Below are positions 1 through 14,080 of a stretch of DNA of 64,000 bases, piece by piece. The notes under the pieces are model-generated. The model saw only the letters and a list, made by a program, of their open reading frames with translations, had not been told where the DNA came from and searched no databases. The DNA is from Mobula hypostoma. Its lineage: Eukaryota. Location of the stretch: contig NC_086109.1 of NCBI RefSeq assembly GCF_963921235.1, forward strand, positions 26,042,001-26,106,000, read 5' to 3'. The translations under genes and the position numbers were made by a program. Position 1 is the stretch's first letter. Every line of letters starts with the position of its first letter.

Positions 1-654
1 ATCATACATGTTCATCTCTTGCTGAGAAAACTGGATTCCAGTGTAATGTCAACCCATTTCTTATCATAATTCACTGCCTTGACTAGAAAACATACTTGTT
101 TAAATATTTAGAGTTCTCCCTAAAAAAAAATCACTAAATTGGCAAAGACAACTTAAAAGTAGAATCTTGATATTTTGCAAACCAATTCATGCGCCAAAAT
201 GGAGCCTGTAGGTAGGATTCACAGCTGCCATACCCGTGCCTTGGTAGTCACAAGGAAGCCTGACTTCATGGGAAGGACTCTTCCACATCGCAGCCTGTTA
301 CATTCTTAGGAAAGGAGGCCATGGAGGTGAGGAGAAGATCAGTGGAGAGGAGAAGTGCAACAAGGCACTCTCCAGAGTGTCTGGTCAGTTGCCATGAAAT
401 GAACTGGGTCAATCAGCTCTTATGCTGCAAGCAGTCACAAGTTACTGCGTGGCTTGGTCACAAGTCATTTGACTGAAAGGACTGCAATCAGTGAATAGAA
501 CTCCAGTGAATTACAACATAAAACCAGACAATAAAGCAGGGAGATGCTGCGTGTGAGAAATTCATTTGACTGTGAGATTTTAAATTGCAGTTTCACTCCC
601 AATCTCTACGTGATTAGAATTAGAATTTTATTTCTTACATCCATGTAAGAAAAA

Positions 655-1170
655 AATGCACTGCCACTGGAGAGGGTTCAGAGGAGGTTCCCACGGATGA
701 TTCCAGGAATGAAAGGGTTATCATATGAGGAGTGTTTGATGCCTCTGGGCCTCTACTCGCTGGAATTTAGAAGGATGAAGAGGCAATCTCATTGAAACCT
801 CTTGAATGGTAAATGGCTTAGACAGAGTTGATGTGTGAAAGATGTTTCCCATGCTGGGTGAGTCTAGGACAAGAGGGCACAGCATCAGGATAGAGGGGCA
901 TCCATTTAAAACAGAGACGTGGAGAAATTTCTTCAGCCAGAAGGTGGTGAATTTGTGGAATTTGTTACAGCAGGCAGCTGCGGAGGCCAGGTCATTGCGT
1001 GTATTTAAGATGGAGATCGTTAGGTTCTTGATTGGCCATACCATCAAAGTTACAGGGAATGAGGCTGAGGAGGGTAAAAAAAAGATCAGCCATGATTGAA
1101 AGGTGGAGCAGACTCGATGGGGCGAGTGGCCTAATTCAGCTCCTCCGTCTCATGGTCTTATGGTCTAAGA
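655..1170 (+). mobile_element. CR1 LINE 3' fragment
   Basis: Translates to ...ESRTRGHSIRIEG...RNFFSQKVVNLWN, followed by the CR1 3'UTR hairpin and a (tcttatgg)-type tail. Confidence 0.85.
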
Positions 1171-2464
1171 AGTAAAATAATGCATCACAGAGATATTAAT
1201 ATGAAGTGAAGTACTTCATTAAGTTTGGGTAATTGCCAAGAAAATGTTAGATTATAAAGTCTAGACTAGCAAGGAATAGAACACAGTGTTCGATGCCGTA
1301 AATGCTAAATGAGCCAGTTTGTTCCTGCATAAAACAAAATTAGATTCAAACTCACATGGAACGTGACAGAAATAAAATTGATACCAGATTTCAGCAGTTG
1401 TGCCTTCAATTTCCCATGGACATCAGCAACTAATTTTTTAGTACTTATTTCTAGTGGATCATCACCATTTTGCATAAGTTGGTGGTTACAAAATCATTAT
1501 TATTCAAATAAATTTCATGTTAAGAAAATATTGTACATTCAGAATGATTTTGTCTTGGGAGGAAAGATCACCTATTGAAGTATATTATTCTAAGAAGACA
1601 GAATTCAATCAAAATTTCAGAAAGAAATTGAAAGGTATTTAACAATAGCCTGATGTTTCTTGTCACAACTTCTTGTTCAAGTATGCATTGTGAAAGGAAA
1701 ATATAAGTAATGATCTGTAATGCCACAGAATTTCATATCATTTAAGGGTTTTGCATTTAAACTTGTACTTTGAGCATTTTTACTTGTCATACCAAGATAT
1801 TTACCAAGATCTTACCACAATATTTCATCTGGAGAATGAAAAACTGTTATTGCGGTGGAGTAAATCATTACTTATTGTCTTGCATCATTTAAGAAAAGTA
1901 GAAAATAGAACCAGGACATATTGTCCCTGTGGCTCACCCATTCATTATGGTCAATGGAATATTTTCTGTCTGAGCTCCACTTCCCTGCCCTATCTTCATC
2001 TTGATTCCTTGCAGTCTTGGATTCCTTAAAAATACACAAAGTAAAAGGAAGAACCAAATTATCTTTTCAGACAGTTCTGCTGAACGTTCATTAGAACTGG
2101 AAAAAAGTAACTATGCTTCTCTCTCTCCGGATTCTGTGTAATCAGCTGAGTATTTCTAGCAATTTTTTTTTCTTTTATATTAAGTTCTCACCACTTGCAG
2201 TTCTTTGGTTATAGATCATTTCAATGTCTTCTCCTTCACTCTTTTCAATCTTGCTACAAGATTCTGCCTTTCACCTGCATTAATAAAATTATTTCAAATG
2301 TAATAACAATGTTGGCAAACATTCTGGCTGTCTCATTAACCATTGTTATTTTACTGTCTCCTAACATTCTATAAGCCTTCCCATTTTAGAAAATTATAGG
2401 GTTTGAGCCATTTAATCAATTTTGACACTTAGGTGGCATAACCACATGCTCTAAGATTTCATAT

Positions 2465-3385
2465 TCAGGTTTGTTGACAACATCACTGTCATAGGCTGAA
2501 TCAAAGATGGTGATGAATCAGCATATAGGAGGGAGATTGAAAATCAGACCGAGTGGTGCCACAATAATAACTTCTTACTCAATGTTAGCAAGAACAAGGA
2601 GCTGATTATTGCCTTCAGGAGGAAAGTAGAGGTCCATGAGCCAACCCTCATTGGAGGACCAGAGGTGGAGAGTGTCAGCAACTTTAAATTCTTCAGTGTT
2701 ACCATTTCGGAGGACCTCTCCCCCAGCACATTAATGCAATTACAAAGAAAGCATATCAGCACCTCTACTTCCTTAGGAGTTTGCACATCTAAAACTCTGA
2801 CAAATGTCTATAGATGTGTGAGGGAGAGTACATCGACTGGCTGCATCACAGCTTGGTATGGAAACACCAGTGCCCTTGAATGGATACGGCCCGGCCCATC
2901 ATAGGTAAAAGCCTCCGCACCATTGAGCACATCTATACGAAGCAGTGTCCGTCGTCAGAGACCTCCACGACCCAGATCATGCTCTATTCTCACCGTTGCC
3001 ATCAGGAAGACGATACAGGAGCCTCAGGATTCGCACCATCAGGTTTAGGAACAGTTATTATCCCTCAACCAAATGGGATAACTTCACTCATCTTCACTTG
3101 CCCTACCACCTAAATCTTCCCACAACCTATGGACTCACTTTTAAGCACTCTTCATCTCAAGTTTTCTATAGTTATTATTTATTTATCATTATTTCTTTCT
3201 TTTTGTGTTTGCACAGTTTGTTGTTTTTTTGCACACTGTTTAAACGCCTATTTGGTATGGTGTTTCATTGAATCTATTATGGTTATTACTCTATTATGGA
3301 TTTATTGAGTATGCCTGCAAGAAACTGAATCTCAGGTTCGTAAATGGTGACATATATGTACTTTGATAAAAAAATTACTTTGAAC
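2465..3385 (+). mobile_element. Rex1/Babar-type LINE 3' fragment
   Basis: WCHNNN...NVSKNKEL, YRCVRESTSTGCITAWYG and PSGRRYRSL...FRNSYYP motifs; tail actttgaac. Confidence 0.8.
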
Positions 3386-5914
3386 ATTATACTGTATTTT
3401 TACTTAAGTGTAAAAATATTCCTTTTATGACACCTGGAATAAACTTACATCCTTTTTAGAGAAGGATAAATATTCTTAAAGCCAATAGAATATGCAGAAC
3501 AGCCTGAATTTTGAAGTCAGTGACAGCTGCCAAGGTTGTTAATAGAGTCGTGGAGTCATAGAAAAGTACAGCACAGAAAGAGGCCCTTCAGCCCATCTAG
3601 TCCGTGATGTTCCTGAAGAAAACCACCCATTCAGGTCTGGCAAAATCTACAGTTCAGGCACCTCCTTTTCAAATTCAGTAAGTGTCAGTTGTCAGATCTG
3701 GGCGGATCGTGGTGCCTTCAAAAGAATGTCATCAAGCAGGCTGAGCAGCTGATGACATTGAAGGATTCCTGTAGTGAACAAAGAAAGAACTAAATTGCAC
3801 AGTTTTTAAACTAACAATTTAAGTATCCTGCAAAACTTGAGTTATAGATTGGAACATGTACACTGTACAAGTTGAAAGCTGGAATATTATGATTTTTTTA
3901 AAATAATTGATTTTTTAAATTTGAATTATTCATCTGATGGATTTACAGCATACATAAACTAAGTTAGTGCTTTAGTGTCAAAGAAATTACTTTCCAATAA
4001 TTACTGCTTTATGCCACTAGAAATTCATTTATATATTGTCCAAAAATATGTAGCATGTGTGAAAGTATTTTGCATTGGGAATATGGTATTGTATAACCTG
4101 TCAACTGTGTAATTTCTGACTATCATTGGAGAAGATAGCAAATTGAATGGGGAATCACAAATAGCACTTTATGGATTTCCAGTGATGTTGCTGTCACTTT
4201 CATGTTGTAATAATTCCAAACACTGACAATTTCAATGTCATTACATTAAAATACAGGCTATTGCCAGGATAATGATATTGAGCCAGATCTTGTTCATTAT
4301 TTCTAGTGGCTTCATGTTCAAACCATTAGCATTTAGCTCATGTACAGTAAAAGGCAGAATATCTGAACCTCATATGTAGCCCAGGAGTGAAGCCCAATCT
4401 TCCTATGATCCCCTAGCACTTCTGCTGTGAAAGTACCACTCGTACTAAGCTAGACCTTGGGCAGGAGCTGAAACCTCACTGATTTCAATAGGAAATGTAG
4501 GACACTTTTAAAATTATTTTCCCCATTTTATTTATTTATGTTTTTGAAACTTCTGATTTATTTTTAATATTTACCTCAACTTTAAAAGCTATTAAGTACG
4601 TATGAACATAATATAAAAACTTTTAAAAGAGAGTCTTGCAGAGTCATCAGCTAGATCTGAAGGCATTTGGTACGTTCAAAACAGACAAAGAGCTTGGTGT
4701 GCCACACGATGAAAGCAGTATCCCAAGTCTAAAGGAATCTGCTGCATATCTTACCTTACGGTTGGAAAGTAAATGAATATTGGTTGAATAAATTCATTTG
4801 AATTTGGTGACTAAAGTTGGATTGATGAATTGCCACACGTGCACAATTGATGGTAAGCCATTCACAAGAGAAGCCAGGAAAAGCACAAATTTGCAAAAGT
4901 ACACACACTGGCTAATGTTCAAAGCTCAAAGTATATTATCAAAGTGCATATACAATATGTCACCATATACAACCAAGACTCATTCTTTCGTGGGCAGTTT
5001 CAGTAGAATAAAGTAATACAATGGAATCAATGAAAATCCACATACAAAGACTGACAAACAACCGATGTGCAAATGAAGACAATCTGTGCAAGTGCAACAA
5101 TTGCAATCATAATAAATAAATAATATTATCACTGCCCAAGAAGACATAATAGTTATCATTAATATTCACCACTTGGCTTCAGCACATTTATAAAACCCAT
5201 TCCAAGATCCTGTCTCTAGTAGAATCTAGAAACAATTACAATGCTGTAAGCCACATTGGTTGTCTCTGGTTAGTTTTCACATTGTAAATCTCAAACTACT
5301 CAGTCCTGTGTCACACTCATCATTATCAGATTTTTCATCAACAATGTGTAGACTAATGCTGTTTTTGAAACTGCAGCTAGACTTTTTATCTTTTTCTCTT
5401 CCCTGTACAGTCCATTTATTTTTGTCTGTCCATCATGTTCTTTCTACTTGTCCCACTTTGTTGCACTTTCTGCAAGTTTCACCTTTAAAATCTGCATTGG
5501 CCTGATGTATGTCAGCCCCTGCCACAATGGTAACAAAATTTGTTCCACCAGGATGGTTACAATTTTGTTCACGCTCACTTTCATACCTGACTGCATCTCA
5601 ATTGAGTCTCTGCTGTTTCCACTGACACAGCGACTTCAACTGCTCTTTCAAATGTAAGTTGTGCCATTTTTGAATGCTATCTTGTAAGATTTAACAAACT
5701 AAATGATCGCTCAGTGCATTATTAAACTCATTACTGAACTGATAATGCTCAAACAACTTCTTCAATTCAGCCACGTGTGCTGAAATGGACACCCTTGCTG
5801 TAGATTCCATTTATGAAACCTAAAGTATTCTGTAATCAACAATGGTTCAGTTCTAAGTGTTCCTGCAATACATTCACTGTATCAGCAAAGCTCATTTTGG
5901 CTGGTTTGTTCAAA

Positions 5915-6725
5915 AGTGTAAAAGTTTAAAGTACATTTATTATACAATCTTGAGGTTCATCTCCTTAGCAGTAGCCACAAAATGAAAAACCCAGAAGCAA
6001 CCATTTAAAGAAAAGACCAATTCCCAATGGGCAGAGAGAGAGAAAAAAATACAAATCATGCAAACAAGAAAAGCAAGCACCAGCATTCAGAATGAAAGTG
6101 AGTCCATAGACACGAAGCCCAGGGCAGCCCAAGAAGGCCCACAGCCTCAGCTTCTGTCAGTGAAAAGTGGAGTAAACGTCATGAAGCAACGAGCAGAACC
6201 AGACCAACCCTTACCTCCGGTCCCAACACCGTGCCTTTGCAGTCCATCTGGATTGGTGTTTAAATCATCCAAACATTGGTTCATTCCTCACTCTAAGAAC
6301 TGGGCCCTGCTGGTTTGATACGCTCTGGGCCTGGACCCAGCTGCCACTTTCCAGCCCATGGCCAACCTTTCCAAATCAGCTCGTCAATTAGATCAATCAG
6401 ACCTCGCCCTCAGTTTAGGTGGATGGGGTCCAAAACTACTCTGCTCCAATTTTTCTCCACTTTGCACACCCCAACTCTATCTCAACCTTGCTCCGACCAC
6501 TTCTACGCTAACCTCAACCTTGTTGCAACTTTGCATCACACCTGCACACCCCAACCCTCGAGTCAACCTTGCCTTCGCTCACCTCTTCATTGTTTGCTGT
6601 GACAGTTTACCACAATTGTTTGCAGTAAAAGTGTTACTAATAAAGTACTTAGTTGTACTCCGTGCTTTGGGAACCACCAGTAAGTTGTCACCGATCCTCA
6701 GTAGCGCCATCTTAAACCGGAGCAC
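5915..6725 (-). mobile_element. Non-autonomous LINE-derived element (Rex-like tail, AAGATGGCG 5' end)
   Basis: The minus-strand 3' end resembles the Rex tails elsewhere in the window (aataaatgtactttaaac). The 5' end reads ccggtttaagatggcgc. No ORF. Confidence 0.45.
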
Positions 6726-7088
6726 TTAAACTGTGTACATTTAAACCCAATGCATTTAGCAAAACTGATTCATTTCTCATCGGCTATTTCATTTGCAATT
6801 AACTACTATTCAATCCATTCCAGATACATATTCCAGTTATCACTTGTGTAATCAAATGCGTCAATCTTTCCAATGCAGTCAGCCATTTCTGTCCCTTTTT
6901 TTTATGATTTTTATCACTGGGTATTCACTCTTTACGAACCCATTAACTTGACGGCCTTTCCTTTGGTGAAGAAAAGACGCTGCTTCAAAGAAAAGAAAGT
7001 GCTGTGCTTTTTAAAAACTTGAACATCTCACTGCACTTCGACAGGAAGGTAGTTGTCTTGGGTTCATTTGAAACTTTCTTGCCACCAC

Positions 7089-7349
7089 TGTTATGTTTCA
7101 TAATTCCAAAACAAAAGAACTAATTTAAAGGAAAAGATGGGAGTCCAGAAGAATGCTTGTTAGTTCGTTTTTACTTTAAATAAGGTGTGTACGTATCATG
7201 TGGTGGTGTGATGGTGTATGTCTTTCACATACTTTTAAATACGGTATAACCCATAATGAATTAGTTAAACAAATAAAGAATGTTTAAGCAACAACATATT
7301 CACAATATTACTCAAAATATTACTGAAGTATTAGATACAGTACACAACA
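7089..7349 (-). mobile_element. Probable solo LTR (TG...CA), related to 24941-25163
   Basis: Termini tgttatg...cacaaca; reverse complement aligns with 24941-25163 (aatatttcagtaatatt, aagcattctttg, aattcatta, aaaagtatgtgaa, aaacataaca). Confidence 0.55.
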
Positions 7350-7351
7350 AT

Positions 7352-8260
7352 TTTTTTTGCACACTGGTTGCTTATCCATCCTATTGAGTGCAGTCGTTCA
7401 TTGACCCTATTATGTTTATTGGATTTATTGAGCATGCCTGCAAGAAAATAAATCTCAAAATAGTATATGGCAATCAACACATTTACTTTGAACTTTGAAC
7501 TTTGATGGCGGAGGGGAAGAAGCAGCTCCTAAAACAATGAGTGTGTGTTTTCTGGCTCCTGTACCACCTCCTTGATAGTAGCAATGAGAAGTGTGTATGC
7601 CCCAAGTAATTAGGATTCTTAAAGACGGATATAGACTTTTTGAGGCCTCACCCTTTTGAAAATGTCCTCCGATGCTTGGAAGGATAGTGTTCATGATGGA
7701 ACTGTCTGGGTTTTCAACTTTATGCAGCTTTTTCCTATCCTGCGCAGTGGCCCCTCCATACCAAATGGTGATGCAGCCAGTTAGAGTGCTCTCCACGGTA
7801 ATCAGTAGAAATTTGCTAAAGTCTTTGGTGACATATCAAGCTGAAACTCCTAATGAACTATAGCCGCTGTCATACATTCCTTGTATGATGAGCCCAGGAT
7901 AGATTCAAACGTGCTGACACCTAGGAATTTGAAACACTTCACCCCTTTCCATTGCTGATCCCTCGATGAGGACTGGTGTGTATTCCCTCGATTTACCCTA
8001 CCTGAGATCCATAACCAATTCCTTGGTCTTACTGATCTTGAGTGCAAGGTTGTTGTTGCGACACCACTCAACCAGCTGATCTACCTCACTGCTGTATGCC
8101 TCCACGTCACCATCTGAAATTCTGCCTACAATAGTTGTGTCACCGGTAAATTTATAGATGGCGTTTGAGCTGTGCCTAGCCACACGGTCATGGGTGTGGT
8201 CAGAGCAGAGCAGGGCCAAGCACACACCCCTGAGGTGCAGGAAAGTTGATTGTCAGTGAG
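7352..8260 (-). mobile_element. Rex1/Babar-type LINE fragment
   Basis: RT end YKFTGDTTIVG...WCRNNNLALKISKTKEL and ESTLTGCITIWYG. Confidence 0.8.
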
Positions 8261-8804
8261 GATATCGAGGAACTTAGATCTCCTTTCTGCAGGCAATACC
8301 CTCTAGCTTTACAGAATCAGTGCCAAAGACTTCAAAAATCCAAAAGTAAACCACTTGAAGCAAAAGCTTCAATGATTTTTTTTGCTAAGTAGCAATTCAG
8401 CAGAGATCACTGAGAATTTATTGATGCCCACAACCCTGCCTTTTAATTAGCCCCATGGATTCTGTATGATCTTCCAGCATTCCTTCTGATGATGATTTCT
8501 AAGAATCCTGCAAAACCTCTGCAACTCCAATTAAATTTAAAAACTGCTGAGAATTGACTAGAAATGGAATAATTTATATAATATCTGGAGGAGTTTGACT
8601 TATGGATCCACACACATTCAAGTTAAATCTGGAAGTTAGTGTGTAGGACAGTTGAGTTTTCATATTCAACAGATTTAACATTGCTGCTTACCAACTCTAA
8701 GATTATTGGCCATTGTAGTTCCCCAAAGAGAGATCATTCTTGCTGTTTTGGAATATTGAAAGGCAATTTAATTCCATTACAGCTGAGTCCAATTTTTTTC
8801 TCAT

Positions 8805-9110
8805 GTAAAGGCATCCGTTAGTCTTGCGAGACCATGGATCTGCACCTGAAAAGTCTTCACTCTCCAGGACGCAGGCCTGGGCAAGGTTGTATGGAAGACC
8901 GGCAGTTGCCCATGCTGCAAGTCTCCCCTCTCCACGACACCAATGTTGTCCAAGGGAAGGGCATTAGGACCCATACAGTTTGGCACCGGTGTCGTTGCAG
9001 AGTACTGTGTGATTAAGTGCCTTGCTCAAGGACACAACACGTTGCCTCGGCTGGGGCTCAAACTCACGACCTTCAGGTCACTAGTCCAATGCCTTAGCCA
9101 TTTGGCCACA
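8805..9110 (-). mobile_element. tRNA-derived SINE with CORE-like segment
   Basis: Minus strand: A box TGGCCAAATGG, B box-like GAGTTTGAGCC, then TTGTGTCCTTGAGCAAGGCACTTAA (CORE-like) and a LINE-derived tail. Confidence 0.75.
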
Positions 9111-9479
9111 TTCTCATTTTCTTATTTACTGTCTAGAAAAATGATGAAGGATGCAAATGTTGGATGACTTTTCCTTCCAAAGACTATAAGGCTTATGAGT
9201 ACTAATCCCAGTGCAAATCAGCTATCTTGAATCAAATCAATGGTGAACCTGCGAAGTTTGCCAAATAACTTACTAATCAGAATTTTAAAACATTTTCTCT
9301 CACATGAAGTGGCATCTTGACAACAATGTTTCATGCTTTATGATGATAAAAATAAAACTACTTTGATCCTTGATTAATAATTTTAATTCATTCCTATCAC
9401 AATTGGTGCCATACTACAGTGCTTGAAAAAAATCTTATTTATCAAACATGAATTAATTATCAGTTTATTATATGCTTCC

Positions 9480-9880
9480 ATAAGACCATACGACTTAAAA
9501 GCAGAATTTGACCTTTCGAATCTTCTCCACATTTGATCAAGACTGATTTATTTTCCCTCTCAAACACATTCTCCTGCCTTCTCCCTATAACCTTTGATGT
9601 CTTTTCTAATTAAGTATCTATCAAGCTCCACATTAAACATACCTAGTGACTTGCACTCCACAGCTGTCTGTGGCAATGAATTCCACAGGTTCACCACCCG
9701 CAAGCTGAGGAATTCATCTCATATCTGCTTTAAAGGGGTGTCCTTTTGAGACTATACTCTCTGATCCTAGACTACCCCAGTTTAGGAAATATCCTCTCCA
9801 TGTCCACTCTATCTAGGTCTTTCAATATTCAGTATGTTTCCGTAAAATCCCCCTCATCGTTCTAAACGCCAGCAAGTATA
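9480..9880 (-). mobile_element. Old CR1 3' fragment
   Basis: Tail taagaccata; gcaatgaattccacaggttcaccacc is the reverse of VVNLWNSL. Confidence 0.7.
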
Positions 9881-9924
9881 GTTCAGTTATCAAGAGAGAT
9901 GTCTTTTCAAACTTGAATCAGATT

Positions 9925-10315
9925 GATGGGTAGCAAAGTGGAGATACATCTCTACCAAAGGAGATGTAAGGCACTCCGTTCCTTTGCTAACTTGCAGGTC
10001 ACCTTTGGGAAAGCCCCCTGATCGGGGTCATGTGAAGCCCCCTGATCAGGGTCATGTGAAGCCAGAGGAGCAGGTGGTGGATGGTTGTATGAACTGCTGG
10101 TGTATCTCACAAGTCCTGGTTATGTGACCACTGATGCCAGGCAAATGATCTCTGAAGAGTATTGATAAAGGCTAGGGTCACCTGTCTTGTAAAGACACTG
10201 CCCAAAAGGAGCCACTGACAAACCACTTCTGTAAAAAATATTTCCCAAGAACAATAATGATCATGAATAAACCATGATTATCTGTGTCATAGGACATGAC
10301 ACATAATGAATGATT
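9925..10315 (+). mobile_element. RTE-derived non-autonomous retroposon
   Basis: RTE-type motif acaaaccacttctg, (atga)n tail, and an internal tandem duplication of aagccccctgatc(g/a)gggtcatgtg at about 10012-10062. Confidence 0.55.
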
Positions 10316-11619
10316 AAATTGGAGAGGTTCTCCTTTGCACAGATTATAAGTAGACTAGTTTTTTTTTTGACGGATGGCTGACCTGCTCTGGCCTGAAGCA
10401 TGCCCTTGTTGAAATTTAATTCCAATCCCATACTTTCAGTGATGGGACTCAAACTATGGAGTCAAATCAGGCTAAGTCCATGGCAACCATCAACCAGACT
10501 TACTAATTCTATCCTAACCTATTTCATTCTTTCCACTTTTGCATTGACTCCTTCCTATATTAATTTTCTCAGCCACGCGCTAGAGCCAATTTACCAACCA
10601 ATTCAACAAGGATTGAACACTAGTCATTGGCAACAGATCTACTAGTAGCATTACTGTGCTCTCCTTCAATATATGTATTTTTATTCTATTAATTATTAAC
10701 TAAAATATAAAATTTCAGCTTCAATTGCTTTAATAAAGCATTTCAAAATCTGATACAGCAGTTGTAAAAATGTGGTTTTAAAAAACTGTAAGAAACTCCT
10801 AGGATGAGGTTTACTGCCCTAAAAGGCCTTTTTAAACTTGCAAAAGAAATCATAGTTATGTATAAATTAGGATGGTGCACTGTAGCTCTTATCTCTGCTC
10901 TTTGTAAGACTTTACTGAAAGCTAATTAGAGTGCCTACCTAAGAAGAGTGAGAATACTTCAAAGTCTTCCGATGGCTGTAAAGTGCTGTGTTTCATCTTG
11001 AGAACATGATTAGGCCCCCATACAACAACCTTCATTTATGCGGGAAAATGTACTCGGCCAAAGCAGGAGTCTATGATGACAGATTCTCAAAAGTAATCTT
11101 TCTTTCTGTTGTAACTTGCGCCTTGACTGAGTGCGATTTTGACAATTCTTTTCGCAGTAAAAGATTCAAAAGTCTAGCATAGAAATTATATCTGTAAGAT
11201 AATGAATCAAGGGATTTATTCATCTGCAAACCATTTCAATGTCGGTTGGAACATTTACCTCCAATAGATTGCTTAACTGTAAGTCTTGGTCTTTAAGAGC
11301 TGTTACATTTCTGTGTGTGACATCACCCCTTACTCCACTATCTAACACGGGCTAGGTACTACAGATGCCGGTAATCTAAATACTGGAAATACTTAGCAGG
11401 TCAAACAGTATCTACGGGGAGAAAAACCTTTCATCAGAACTGCGCAGACTATACCGCAGCATAAAAGCCAGGACCAACAAGCTCCAGGACAGCTTCTTCC
11501 ACCAGGCCATCAGACTGATTACTTCATGCTGATACAATTGTACTTCTATGTTATATTGACTGTCCTGTTGTACATACTATTTATTATAAATTACTATAAA
11601 TTGCACATTGAACATTTAG

Positions 11620-13445
11620 AAACCATAGAACCATAGAAAAACTACAGCACAGAAACAGGCCTTTTGGCCCTTCTTGGCTGTGCCGAACCATTTTCTGCCT
11701 AGTCCCACTGACCTGCACACGAACCATATCCCTCCATACACCTCCCATCCATGTATCTGTCCAATTTATTCTTAAATGTTAAAAAAGAACCCGCACTTAC
11801 CACCTCGTCTGGCAGCTCATTCCATACTCCCACCACTCTCTGTGTGAAGAAGCCCCCCACCAATGTTCCCTTTAAACTTTTCCCCCCTCACCCTTAACCC
11901 ATGTCCTCTGGTTTTTTTCTCCCCTTGCCTCAGTGGAAAAAGCCTGCTTGCATTCACTCTAGCTATACCCATCATAATTTTATATACCTCTATCAAATCT
12001 CCCCTCATTCTTCTACGCTCCAGGGAATAAAGTCCTAACCTATTCAACCATTCTCTGTAACTGAGTTTCTCAAATCCCGGCAACATCCTTGTAAACCTTC
12101 TCTGCACTCTTTCAACCTTATTTATATCTTTCCTGTAATTTGGTGACCAAAACTGAACCCAATACTCCAGATTCGGCCTCACCAATGCCTTATACAATCT
12201 CATCATAACATTCCAGCTCTTATACTCAATACTTTGATTAATAAAGGCCAATATACCAAAAGTTCTCTTTATGACCCTATCTACCTGTGACGCCACTTTT
12301 AGGGAATTTTGTATCTGTATTCCCAGATCCCTCTGACCTACTGCACTCCTCAGTGCCTTACCATTAACCTTGTATGTTCTACCTTGGTTTGTCCTTCCAA
12401 CGTGCAATACCTCACATTTGTCTGTATTAAACTCCATCTGCCATTTTTCAGCCCATTTTTCCAGCTGGTCCAAGTCCCTCTGCAAACACTGAAAACCTTC
12501 CTCACTGTCTACTACACCTCCAATCTTTGTATCATCAGCAAATTTGCTGATCCAATTTACCACATTATCATCCAGATCATTGATATAGATGACAAGTAAC
12601 AATGGACCCAGCACTGATCCCTGTGGCACACCACTAGTCACAGGCCTCCACCCAGAGAAGCAATTCTCTACTACCACTCTTTGGCTTCTTCCATTGAGCC
12701 AATGTCTATTCCAATTTACCACCTAGCGACTGAATTTTCCTGACTAACCTCCCATGTGGGACCTTGTCAAAGGCCTTACTGAAGTCCATGTAGACAATAT
12801 CCACTGCCTTCCCTTCATCCACTTTCCTGGTAACCTCCTCGAAAAACTCCAATAGATTGGTCAAACATGACCTACCACGCACAAAGCCATGTTGACTCTC
12901 TCTGATAAGTTCCTGTCTATCCAAATGCTTATAGGTTCTGTCTCTTAGTACTCCCTCCAATAACTTACCTACTACCGACGTTAAACTTACCGGCCTATAA
13001 TTTCCCGGATTACTTTTTGATCCTTTTTTAAACAATGGAACAACATGAGCCACTCTCCAATCCTCCAGCACCTCACCTGTATACAGTGACATTTTAAATA
13101 TTTCAGCCAGGGCCCCTGCAATTTCAACACTAGTCTCCTTCAAGGTCCGAGGGAACACCCTGTCAGGTCCTGGGGATTTATCCACTTTAATTTTCCTCAA
13201 GGCAGCAAGCACCTCCTCCTTTTCAATCTGTAGAGTTTCCATGATCTCACTACTTGTTTCCCTTAATTCCATAGACTTCATGCCAGTTTCCTTAGTAAAT
13301 ACAGATGCAAAAAACCCATTTAAGATCTCCCCCATTTCATTTGGTTCCGCACATAGCCGACCACTCTGATCTTCAAGAGGACCAATTTTATCCCTTACAA
13401 TCCTTTTTGCTCTTAATATACTTGTAAAAACTCTTTGGATTATCC
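11620..13445 (-). mobile_element. Young CR1 LINE, 5'-truncated RT region, nested in a Rex-type tail
   Basis: ORFs 12706-13335 and 11817-12722 carry [17 protein letters not shown] and KFADDTK, split by a short deletion near 12720; (accataga)n tail. The host element at 11455-11620 resumes at about 13450-13515. Confidence 0.95.
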
Positions 13446-13515
13446 TTGTTTAACGTAAAGATTTTTACTCCCCATGTATATGAAGGATGTAAGAAATAAA
13501 GTCAATTCAATTCAT

Positions 13516-14080
13516 CTGGTGGTGCGAATCCTGAGGTACTTGTACCTTCTACCTCATGGCAGCAGTGAGAAAAGAGCATGGCCTGGATGGTGAGGATCTT
13601 TGATGATGGATGCTGCATTTCTTTGACAATGTTTCATGTAGATGTGCTCAATGGCTGGGGGAGGGTTTTACCCATGAAGTACGAGGCTGAATCCACAGTC
13701 TGTTTTAGGATGTTCCGCTCAAAAGTATTGGTGTTCCTATACCCGCCCACAATGCAGCCAGTCAGCACACTTTCCACAACACATCTATAGATTCCTGATG
13801 ACATGCAAAACCTCCTCAGACTCCCGAGGAAGTAGAGGCACTGTCGTACTTTCTTCACAATAACATTTATATGATGAGTCCAGGACAGGTCCTCTGAGAT
13901 GTGGCACCTAGGAATTTAAATTTTATGACCCTCTCCACCTCTATTCCTCCATTGATTACTGGCTCATGGGCCTCTAGTTTCCTTCTCCTGAGCTCTCCAA
14001 TCAGTTCCTTGGTCTTCCTGGTATTGAGTGATCCCCGATGATGGATGCTGCTTTTCTTGGGACTGTTTCTCGTCAATGCC
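13516..14080 (-). mobile_element. Rex1/Babar-type LINE fragment
   Basis: KKVRQCLYFLGSLRRF, YRCVVESVLTGCI and LNTRKTKEL motifs. Confidence 0.75.
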
